Shown here piece by piece: positions 1-6,255 of a stretch of 10,258 nucleotides of DNA. The notes under the pieces were generated by a model, which saw only the letters and a list, made by a program, of their open reading frames with translations, was not told where the DNA came from and searched no databases. The translations under genes were made by a program, and so were the position numbers. How positions within the stretch are numbered: position 1 is the stretch's first letter; each line of letters begins with the position of its first letter. Source of the stretch: Candidatus Iainarchaeum sp. (lineage in GTDB: Archaea; Iainarchaeota; Iainarchaeia; Iainarchaeales; GCA-2688035); assembly GCA_028713935.1 (NCBI GenBank), contig JAQTNI010000042.1:1-10258 (forward strand), given 5' to 3'.

Positions 1-573
1 GGTTGAAATTTCAACGTTTCCAAGCAGGGAAAAAGCGTCAATATTCTTGTCTCTCATTTCAAGCAGGATAAGCGTGTTTATTCCCGAAGTTATTCCTTCC
101 TTTATTATTTCCACATTATTGTCTATTAATATTTTTTTTGAAGCAGCATCTGAAGCAATTCCATAAACAATTGGCTTTGCGGATTTTTCAGGCATTGCCT
201 TTATTCCTGAAAGGGAAATCAGCCTTGAAATTTTTTTCTTTTCAATCCATTGCACAACTGCTTTTGCAAGCCTGTCAACAAGCGCCTGTGGAATAATCTG
301 CTCTGAAAGCAGGATAACGAGCTTGTATTTTTCGCTTGCAAAAATCCTTGAAGGATGCACTGGCAGGCCGTCATGAACCCTTATAATCGGCAAAAACATG
401 TTTGATTCAATATAACCAATTTCTTTCAGGCCAAGCTTTTCAGCAAGGTATTTTGCGCTGATTGTGCCTACAAGCCCCATTCCCGGAAAGCCCTCAATAA
501 GGGAATATCCCTGCAGGTTCACAGGCTTGGCTTCAACAAAATCAATAATGCTGTTATCAATGTAAATTTTCAC
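1..573 (-). CDS. PAC2 / proteasome assembly chaperone family protein (COG1938-like); C-terminus cut off by the left window edge
   Basis: Absent from the ORF track because it runs off the window. Reverse-strand translation from GTG at 573 gives VKIYIDNSIIDFVEAKPVNLQGYSLIEGFPGMGLVGTISAKYLAEKLGLKEIGYIESNMFLPIIRVHDGLPVHPSRIF..., open for 191 codons down to position 1. The EGFPGxGLVG...YL block is the typical N-terminal signature of PAC2-family proteins. AGGTGG Shine-Dalgarno at 578-583, 4 nt before the GTG. An in-frame TAA lies 9 codons upstream with no other start codon between. Confidence 0.75.
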   Translation of the reverse strand, partial: MKIYIDNSIIDFVEAKPVNLQGYSLIEGFPGMGLVGTISAKYLAEKLGLKEIGYIESNMFLPIIRVHDGLPVHPSRIFASEKYKLVILLSEQIIPQALVDRLAKAVVQWIEKKKISRLISLSGIKAMPEKSAKPIVYGIASDAASKKILIDNNVEIIKEGITSGINTLILLEMRDKNIDAFSLLGNVEIST

Positions 574-607
574 TAAACCACCTATAACAAATTGTTTTTA
601 CTACTTA

Positions 608-619
608 ATAAATATTTAT
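608..619 (-). promoter_or_regulatory. TATA-like perfect AT palindrome ATAAATATTTAT, candidate promoter of the PAC2 gene
   Basis: Lies in the 56-nt spacer between the TadC-like stop (630-632) and the PAC2 GTG (573). Centred about 40 nt upstream of the GTG, leaving room for a ~14-nt leader containing the AGGTGG SD. Confidence 0.3.
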
Positions 620-629
620 CTATGGTTGC

Positions 630-1508
630 CTAAAAAATTATTGTTTTTGCAAGGAGGTTTATTGCAAAAGAAATTGGCAGGAGGAACAGTGCATACAAAA
701 AGGCTTTTTTGGAATTTCCTTCCTGTGAGGCAATGAAAAAGCTTGCAAGCAAGGCATATTCTGCAATATAAATCTGGCTTGCAATTGCAGTTGCTTCAAG
801 AATAGCGCTTCTCTCTGCACTGCCAGCCCCAATTTCAAGGTTTTGCAGGCCTGAAAAATCAATTCCTGAAACCATTCCAAATAGAAGCCCGAGTATGGCA
901 GGCACAATTAAGCCGCCTGCAAAGAGAAGAGTGTATTTTTCAATCACCAAAGCAGAGTTTCGTTCCCTCAGGATTGAATTCGTCTCAAAAAAATCATCCG
1001 CTGCCGCCCTGAAAACACTGCCCATGTCTGCTCCGCTTTCATAGCCCCTGATCAGCAAATCAATTGCCCTGCCAATAATCCTGCTTTTGCAGCGTTTTTT
1101 TATGTTTTCAAGCGCTTCTTCGACAGAAACCCCTTTTTCAATTTCAAGCAAAGCAATTTCAAATTCTTTTCCAAGCAGGCCGAAATCCGCCTTTGAAAAA
1201 AACACAAAAATTTTTGTGATTGCAATTCCTTTTGGAAAAGCACTTGCCTGCAGCAGAAGGTCAGGCACAAGTGCTTCCTTTGACATTTTTTGGCTTTCAA
1301 GCCTGTAAAGCATGAAAAAATAAAGAAAAATGCCTGCGGCTGGGAAAGAGCCCAAAGAAAAACAAATTATGTATAAGAAAGCAGTGTTTGTTATGCTGCC
1401 TGCCATTATTGCTGCAATGCTTAGCGCGAATCCCAGCAGAAAAGATTTTTTCAAAAAATTTTCGTTTTTTTTGATGCTTAAAAAAATTTTTTTTTCCATT
1501 AATTCCAT
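630..1508 (-). CDS. Type IV filament platform protein, single T2SSF-like domain (TadC / EpdK-like polytopic membrane protein)
   Basis: 292-aa ORF. Two N-terminal hydrophobic helices (FLLGFALSIAAIMAG..., AAGIFLYFFMLY). A soluble helical domain with a GspF/T2SSF-like pattern (LLGKEFEIALLEIEKGVSVEEALENIKKRCKSRIIGRAIDLLIRGYESGADMGSVF). About three C-terminal TM helices. ATG at 1508 is preceded by GAGGGG (1514-1519), which overlaps the stop codon of the upstream gene. Confidence 0.7.
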   Translation of the reverse strand: MELMEKKIFLSIKKNENFLKKSFLLGFALSIAAIMAGSITNTAFLYIICFSLGSFPAAGIFLYFFMLYRLESQKMSKEALVPDLLLQASAFPKGIAITKIFVFFSKADFGLLGKEFEIALLEIEKGVSVEEALENIKKRCKSRIIGRAIDLLIRGYESGADMGSVFRAAADDFFETNSILRERNSALVIEKYTLLFAGGLIVPAILGLLFGMVSGIDFSGLQNLEIGAGSAERSAILEATAIASQIYIAEYALLASFFIASQEGNSKKAFLYALFLLPISFAINLLAKTIIF

Positions 1509-1517
1509 TTTTACCCC

Positions 1518-2300
1518 TCAGAATTTCAGGAACACTGGTGTTTTTGCCCTGATATAAAACAAGACAAGCAAATCAGCAAGCGGAAACCCAACCACAATTG
1601 CCAGGAAAACTTGCATTGGAGTGAAACTTATTTCCAGAATCATGCTTCCCACAATTATAAAGCTCTGGAACAAGGCCGGCACAATTGCGGAAACAGCAAT
1701 AAACAGCAATGAAAAAACAACAAGCTTTCCCGAAAAGGCCTTGCTTTCCGACCTCTGCTTTGCAAGCAATTCAAGGGCGATTCTTCTCACTGCTTCCGAA
1801 CTTTTTATGCTGCCTGCAATGTCCCTGCTGCTTCCATGCTCATAAATGCTTCCGAGCTGCAATACTGCGCGCTTTACTGCCGTGCCCTTGTTTCTTTTTG
1901 CAAATCCAACCAGTGCCTCCTGCATGCTCATGCCTTTTTCTTTCACATCAAAAAAAATTTTTTTGAATTCTGGTGCTGTTGCAAGCTCGTTTTTTGCTGC
2001 ATTGAAAACGCATTTTTCAAATGCAATATTCAGGTCAAGGTCCATTGAAATTGAGAGCAATGCAAACGGCAAATCCCTTTCAATGAGTGCAACTCGCTTT
2101 TTTTCCTTAACCGCAGGAATCAATTGCATTCCAAAAAAAATAGCGCAGAAGCATGCCAGCCCTGTTAAAACCCCAAAGGCAATTTCTTCCAAAACAAGTG
2201 CAAATGCAAAGCATGCCATTATTCCCGCAATTGCGGGATAAGCAAAATTTTTTTCTGAAAAAAACAATTTTTTTGCATTAAAATTTTTCGGCAAATCCAT
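1518..2300 (-). CDS. Type IV filament platform protein, single T2SSF-like domain (TadB / EpdJ-like polytopic membrane protein)
   Basis: 260-aa ORF. N-terminal TM pair (AIAGIMACFAFALVL, GVLTGLACFCAIFFGM). Cytoplasmic T2SSF-like domain (IERDLPFALLSISMDLDLNIAFEKCV...MSMQEALVGFAKRNKGTAVKRAVLQLGSIYEHGSS). Two C-terminal TM helices. ATG 2298-2300 lies 1 nt after the ATPase stop codon (2302-2304), implying translational coupling. Confidence 0.7.
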   Translation of the reverse strand: MDLPKNFNAKKLFFSEKNFAYPAIAGIMACFAFALVLEEIAFGVLTGLACFCAIFFGMQLIPAVKEKKRVALIERDLPFALLSISMDLDLNIAFEKCVFNAAKNELATAPEFKKIFFDVKEKGMSMQEALVGFAKRNKGTAVKRAVLQLGSIYEHGSSRDIAGSIKSSEAVRRIALELLAKQRSESKAFSGKLVVFSLLFIAVSAIVPALFQSFIIVGSMILEISFTPMQVFLAIVVGFPLADLLVLFYIRAKTPVFLKF

Positions 2301-2301
2301 T

Positions 2302-3753
2302 TCAAAAACCGCCTTTTCGCAGGTTTATTGCCTCAAAAAAATCTTTTGCAGAAAATTTTTTTTGCGCAATTCCTTCCAAAATTTTTTTTCTTTTTTCTAT
2401 TTCCTCCAAAAATCTTTTCCTGTCAAGGCCCAGAAAATCCCTTGCCCTGGAAAAAACCTTTTCGCTTTCGCCTGTTTTTACAAGGCAGTTTTTCTGGAAA
2501 TCAAATTCAAACAATGGTTTTGTTTCAATGCCTTCCCCTGAAAAGCAGATTTCCATTGCCTCTACAATCCTGCGTTTTTCAGCAAAGCCATGCGCAGAAG
2601 CCTGTGCCCATCTTCTCTGCACAATAAGCAAATCAATTGCAGCAAGGTCCAGTTCCCTTATGCCGAAAGACTTCAGCCTTGCAACGGCTTCCTTGCCGCA
2701 CAAGGCGTGAAAAGTCGCATAACTTCCCCTTCCCTGGCCTGCAAGAAGAGTGTCCATGAATGCAATTGCCTCACAGCTGTTTCTTATTTCTCCCACAACA
2801 ACCCTGTCAGGCCTCATTCTCAAAGTGTCAATTATCAGGGAATGCATGTCAAAGCCCTGTTCTTTTACAACATTCATTTTTACACAGTGCTCGTGCGGCA
2901 AAACAATTTCAGGGGTTTCTTCAACCACAATTAGCCTTTCCTGTTTTGGGACAAAGCCAAGCAGGCAGTTGAGCGTTGATGTCTTTCCGCTTCCAGTATT
3001 GCCTGCAATCAAAAAACTGCATTCCAATTCAAGGGCAAGCCAGATAAAAGCGCAGAATTCGCTTGAAAAAGTATTATTTTCAATTAAGTCAAGGGGAGTG
3101 AAAGGCTCTGTCCGAAATTTTCTTATTGTAAGGCTTGCTTCTTCCGAAACAGGGGGGATTATTGCAGTCAGCCTGCTTCCGTCAGGCAGGTTTGCATTCA
3201 GCTTTGGGCACTCCAGAGTCAGGCGCCTCCCGATTTTTCTTGCCATTTTGTTTGCAAGGTCCCTTGCAAAATTTTCGCTTCCAAAAAAAACATTTGTCTT
3301 TATCCAGCCAAATTCCCTGTGAAAAACAAAAACAGGCTTTTTCCTGCCAATGCCAATAACTGAAATTTCTTCTATTGAAGGGTCCGTCAAAAAAAAATCC
3401 AGTGCTGAAAACCCAAAAATTCTTGATTCCAGGATTTTTTCAAAATACTTTCTTTGCTCTGGGTCAAGCAGAATGCTTTTTTCAATGCAATAATTTTCAA
3501 TGAAGCTTTCAATGTCTTCCGCGCCTTTTTTAGAATTTTGCCCCTGAAAATCCTTTGTCATTTTTTTTAATGCGAGTGCCTCCTGAATAGTAAGCTCAGG
3601 CAGCCTTGCAGAATAGCGCAATTCACCTGAATCAAGTTCAATTATGCAGTGATTTTCCGATTCCAGCAGAATTTTTTTTGCCTCTTTTTTTTGCAAAGAA
3701 AGGCAATTCCAGCCAATAATTTTTTCAACGCGCCTGCCAGCATCTTCCAACAA
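2302..3753 (-). CDS. Type II/IV secretion-family assembly ATPase (FlaI / EpdL / TadA / VirB11-like, COG0630-type)
   Basis: 483-aa ORF. Walker A GNTGSGKT encoded at 2980-3003. Asp-box-like LIVVEETPEI. Walker B RPDRVVVGEIR. His-box GSYATFHA. The archaeal-type N-terminal region (YSARLPELTIQEALALKK) resembles FlaI/PilB-like ATPases. The start is TTG (3753, or the adjacent TTG at 3750) directly after an in-frame TAG. The first in-frame ATG is codon 65, so the exact start is uncertain. Confidence 0.85.
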   Translation of the reverse strand: MLEDAGRRVEKIIGWNCLSLQKKEAKKILLESENHCIIELDSGELRYSARLPELTIQEALALKKMTKDFQGQNSKKGAEDIESFIENYCIEKSILLDPEQRKYFEKILESRIFGFSALDFFLTDPSIEEISVIGIGRKKPVFVFHREFGWIKTNVFFGSENFARDLANKMARKIGRRLTLECPKLNANLPDGSRLTAIIPPVSEEASLTIRKFRTEPFTPLDLIENNTFSSEFCAFIWLALELECSFLIAGNTGSGKTSTLNCLLGFVPKQERLIVVEETPEIVLPHEHCVKMNVVKEQGFDMHSLIIDTLRMRPDRVVVGEIRNSCEAIAFMDTLLAGQGRGSYATFHALCGKEAVARLKSFGIRELDLAAIDLLIVQRRWAQASAHGFAEKRRIVEAMEICFSGEGIETKPLFEFDFQKNCLVKTGESEKVFSRARDFLGLDRKRFLEEIEKRKKILEGIAQKKFSAKDFFEAINLRKGGF

Positions 3754-3781
3754 AAACCACTAACAAAAAGGCAAAAAAGCG

Positions 3782-3791
3782 GTTTAAAAAA
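3782..3791 (-). promoter_or_regulatory. TATA-like box (TTTTTTAAAC on the minus strand), candidate promoter for the ATPase/platform operon
   Basis: Centred about 33 nt upstream of the TTG start at 3753. That fits an archaeal TATA box about 26 nt from a transcription start and a very short leader. AT-rich context makes this weak evidence. Confidence 0.3.
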
Positions 3792-3792
3792 C

Positions 3793-3821
3793 AATCCGCG
3801 GATTCGACAAAAAGCGAATCC
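3793..3821. promoter_or_regulatory. GC-rich perfect 12-bp palindrome AATCCGCGGATT (3793-3804) overlapping a 7-bp-stem hairpin GGATTCG-N8-CGAATCC (3800-3821)
   Basis: Read directly from the sequence. Both elements share the GGATT arm. They lie between the surface-protein stop and the ATPase start, immediately upstream (minus sense) of a TTTTTTAAAC TATA-like run. On the minus strand the hairpin is followed, after 8 nt, by T6 (3786-3791). Confidence 0.45.
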
Positions 3822-3844
3822 AGCCCAGGCTAAGCAGGAACATT

Positions 3845-3877
3845 AAAAAATAAAAAAAGAAGAAAGAGAGAAAAATT
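3845..3877 (-). terminator. Oligo-T / polypyrimidine tract downstream of the surface-protein gene (archaeal-type termination signal)
   Basis: Minus strand reads AATTTTTCTCTCTTTCTTCTTTTTTTATTTTTTAA, starting 8 nt after the TAA stop (3885-3887). It contains T7 (3852-3858) and T6 (3845-3850) runs. Archaeal RNA polymerase terminates at oligo-T tracts. Confidence 0.4.
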
Positions 3878-3884
3878 CCCTCTT

Positions 3885-6158
3885 TTATTTTTTATAACCT
3901 AACTTGTTTTTTTTGCGCCTTGAAACAGAAATTCCAATTGCCACAATTGCTATTGCAATTATGATTATGATTCCAACTGTTGCCAAATCAATTCCGCCTG
4001 TTGCAGGAGGATTAGCCGGTGGCATTGCTGGCGGCACTGTTGCAGGGCAATCTGCTGGGCAATTTGCATTTGTTTCCCCGCTTTCACATGTTCCATTGCC
4101 GCATTTTGGCACTGCTGGCGGAGTTGGCGCTTTTACCTCTGTAAAGCCGGCCACAATCGGGCTTCTTATTGTATTTGCAATTGCACTGGTAATATTTTTG
4201 CTTATTTCATATGCCACGCTTGCTGTTTCGCCTGCTTTTACTTCAGCAACAGTAAATTCTATTATTGGGTCAGATTTCAGCACTTTCATTGCATAACTGC
4301 TTGTTATTTCAGAAGCGCTTGCTGCGACTGTTTTAGGGATTTCCACTACCAGCTTTGCATTTTTCCAGTCTTTTGTGGAGTCATTTGTCAGGGAAATTGT
4401 GACAGTTGCTTTGTATGAAACAGCCCCTGTTGCGCTTGTGTTCTTTTCCACTGTTATGCCTTGTGTAACCTGAACTTCCTGTGCAGTTTCAAGCATTTTG
4501 GATGTAACATTGTCATATCCTGCTTCTGTCAATATTGAGGTTATTTCTTCTCCTGTCAATGAACCTTCAATTGCCTGCTCAACAATAGTCTCTGTTGTTG
4601 GAGTTGTTCCTGTTCCTGTTGTTGCGCCTCCGCCTGGACTGGCTGGAGTTTCAGCCGGAGTTGCAGCAGGCGGATTTGAAGACCCGCCGCTTGGTGAACT
4701 GAATGTTATTGTTTTTGGCTGTGCTGAACTGTTTAAGTCCATGAAGTCCATTGCCTTGAAGTAATAATTTAATATTGCAGGCAATGGCGTGCTGCTTGTA
4801 ATGCAGACATTGTAAACATTGGTTCTGCCATTGTCTAAGTAATCTGCTCCATTGCTGCTGTACCAGAATTTTTTTATGTTTGACGTGTCATTTGCATCCA
4901 TTGTTACTCCCACACAGAGCCCTGTTGAAGTGCTGTCCCCTGACAAAGAGAGAGTTGGAATATTTGTATCATTTATTCCAGCCGGGTTCAAAGTTGAATT
5001 TGTGTCTTTTAACGGGTGGCTTGCAAGAGTTGCATACTGGTTCTTTGTGTCAAACACCCAGCTTCCAGCACCCCTGTTATTGTCAGTGCTTGGAGCCAGT
5101 ATCATGTCAATGAAATAACGGCCTTCCCTTACTGTTCTCATATCCCACTGCATCCAGCAATTTGTATCAAGATTTGTGCTATAATTCTCGTCTGCTGTTC
5201 CACCTGAGCTTCCTGCCCTGTTGTAATCGCAGTAGATTGGATAATAATTTTTTGCATTTGGCAGCATTGATTTTCCAAGGTTAATGTCCCTGAACATTAC
5301 ATTGTTTCTGTCCCCTTGTGTTTGGGAATAGTAGATGGAAAGATTCATATCTGCCAAGGATAAGTTTGTATCGCGCAGTGAAATATTAAAATCTATTACA
5401 AGATTTCCATCGGGATTAGTCGCATCCATTCCAACTCTGTTGAAATCAAAGAATGTTGCCCCATAACTGTTATTGAAATTTGAATCCCAGAGATTTAATT
5501 GTGGTTTGTTGATTATTGTGTTTGCATCGCTTGAAGCGCAAATATTATCCCCTAATGTTGCATCTCTCGGTGCAGAAATATTTACATCAATATAAAATTG
5601 ACCCATTATTGTGCTGCGTAAATCTGGATGTTCTAATGTTGCTCTTTTGGTTAACCCATTGAATGTTGGCCATTTAAAGTGTGTGAAATTTGCTTGCCCT
5701 GAATCTGCGTATTTTGATAAATCAAGACTAATTGAACAGGTTTGTGTTGTTGAAATGTTTGCATCATCATCGTTTATTGTATTTTGGTCAACCCCAAGCC
5801 TAAAACCATCAGCAGCTGCCAAGAACTGACTTCCAAAGCCATTTGATGAGCAGCTTATTCCATTGTTATCTAAAATGTTCAGGTCTGTGTATAGCAAGTA
5901 ATGTTGTCCGCATTGCTTTTTTGAAAGGTAAATGCTTACACTAAAGTTTGAATCTTTGCCCCAGGCAAGCCTGTTCTGGTCCTGGTAGTTTGTGTCTTTG
6001 TATGTGAAGGTTACTGTCAGGTTTCCGTCTCTTGTAAAATATTCCCTGCCTGCATTTGAATCTCCGGTAACTGTCAGGGAAAGGCTTGTTGCATTGTATT
6101 CTGAAAAAATAGAGATTAAAATTATTGAAAAAATTATTAGTTTAAAAAGACCTTTCAT
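3885..6158 (-). CDS. Large secreted, membrane-anchored cell-surface protein, probably N-glycosylated (S-layer-like or adhesin-like); no family recognised by eye
   Basis: The ORF track gives 3885..6188. I call the start at ATG 6158 (MKGLFKLIIFSIILISIFSEYNA|TS...) because GGAGGGAG (6165-6172) lies 6 nt upstream of it and would otherwise be inside the coding region. Sec-type signal peptide. About 20 N-x-S/T sequons by manual count. Two paralogous N-terminal modules. Two Pro/Thr/Gly linkers. Cys-rich CGNGTCESGETNANCPADC motif. C-terminal TM helix (VGIIIIIAIAIVAIGISV) followed by the basic tail SRRKKNKLGYKK. Confidence 0.8.
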   Translation of the reverse strand: MKGLFKLIIFSIILISIFSEYNATSLSLTVTGDSNAGREYFTRDGNLTVTFTYKDTNYQDQNRLAWGKDSNFSVSIYLSKKQCGQHYLLYTDLNILDNNGISCSSNGFGSQFLAAADGFRLGVDQNTINDDDANISTTQTCSISLDLSKYADSGQANFTHFKWPTFNGLTKRATLEHPDLRSTIMGQFYIDVNISAPRDATLGDNICASSDANTIINKPQLNLWDSNFNNSYGATFFDFNRVGMDATNPDGNLVIDFNISLRDTNLSLADMNLSIYYSQTQGDRNNVMFRDINLGKSMLPNAKNYYPIYCDYNRAGSSGGTADENYSTNLDTNCWMQWDMRTVREGRYFIDMILAPSTDNNRGAGSWVFDTKNQYATLASHPLKDTNSTLNPAGINDTNIPTLSLSGDSTSTGLCVGVTMDANDTSNIKKFWYSSNGADYLDNGRTNVYNVCITSSTPLPAILNYYFKAMDFMDLNSSAQPKTITFSSPSGGSSNPPAATPAETPASPGGGATTGTGTTPTTETIVEQAIEGSLTGEEITSILTEAGYDNVTSKMLETAQEVQVTQGITVEKNTSATGAVSYKATVTISLTNDSTKDWKNAKLVVEIPKTVAASASEITSSYAMKVLKSDPIIEFTVAEVKAGETASVAYEISKNITSAIANTIRSPIVAGFTEVKAPTPPAVPKCGNGTCESGETNANCPADCPATVPPAMPPANPPATGGIDLATVGIIIIIAIAIVAIGISVSRRKKNKLGYKK

Positions 6159-6164
6159 TTGATA

Positions 6165-6172
6165 CTCCCTCC
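6165..6172 (-). promoter_or_regulatory. Shine-Dalgarno GGAGGGAG for the surface-protein gene
   Basis: Minus strand reads TTTTGGAGGGAGTATCAAATG. This is the strongest RBS in the window and supports the 6158 start over 6188. Confidence 0.6.
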
Positions 6173-6255
6173 AAAACAAAAAAAGCATTTTTTTTTATTG
6201 AACAAAAAAATTAAAATTCATGTATACAATTGGTACATAATTAGAAGTTCCTCAT

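Noticed and set aside
659-907. Alternative-frame minus-strand ORFs nested in the TadC-like gene (659..907, 82 aa; 1100..1300, 66 aa).
   Set aside because: They lie entirely within the 292-aa T2SSF-like ORF in another frame. Their Cys/Gln/Leu-rich composition is atypical, and there is no RBS.
1481-1499. Homopolymer runs (A9 followed by T7 in minus-strand sense) at the 5' end of the TadC-like gene, as a possible slipped-strand phase-variation switch.
   Set aside because: Comparable A/T runs of 7-9 nt occur throughout the window, in coding regions (for example around 2381-2392, 7531-7550, 8843-8852) and in spacers alike. They reflect Lys (AAA) and Phe (TTT) codon usage in an AT-rich genome, and nothing singles out this one. 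Only population-level length polymorphism in reads could revive the idea.
3798-3821. GCGGATTCGAC...GCGAATCC resembles a tRNA T-arm (GGTTCGAATCC).
   Set aside because: No acceptor, D or anticodon arms can be drawn around it, and the spacer is purine and pyrimidine tracts. It is better explained as a hairpin/palindrome.
6080-6158. Could the surface protein N-terminus MKG|LFKLIIF... be a class III (prepilin/archaellin) signal peptide, making it a giant pilin for the adjacent machinery?
   Set aside because: After the K-G pair the sequence is L-F-K, with a lysine inside what should be the uninterrupted hydrophobic core. It does not fit the [KR]-[GA]-[hydrophobic]x3 pattern used for archaeal prepilins. 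It also has a normal c-region (SEYNA|T) typical of signal peptidase I, and the protein carries its own C-terminal TM anchor. A FlaFind run would settle it.
6221-6237. Near-palindrome TGTATACAATTGGTACA between the P-type ATPase stop and the surface-protein promoter region.
   Set aside because: It is imperfect: the arms are GTATACA versus GGTACA. It is short, and I cannot tell it apart from chance without conservation data. It is noted only as a possible operator.
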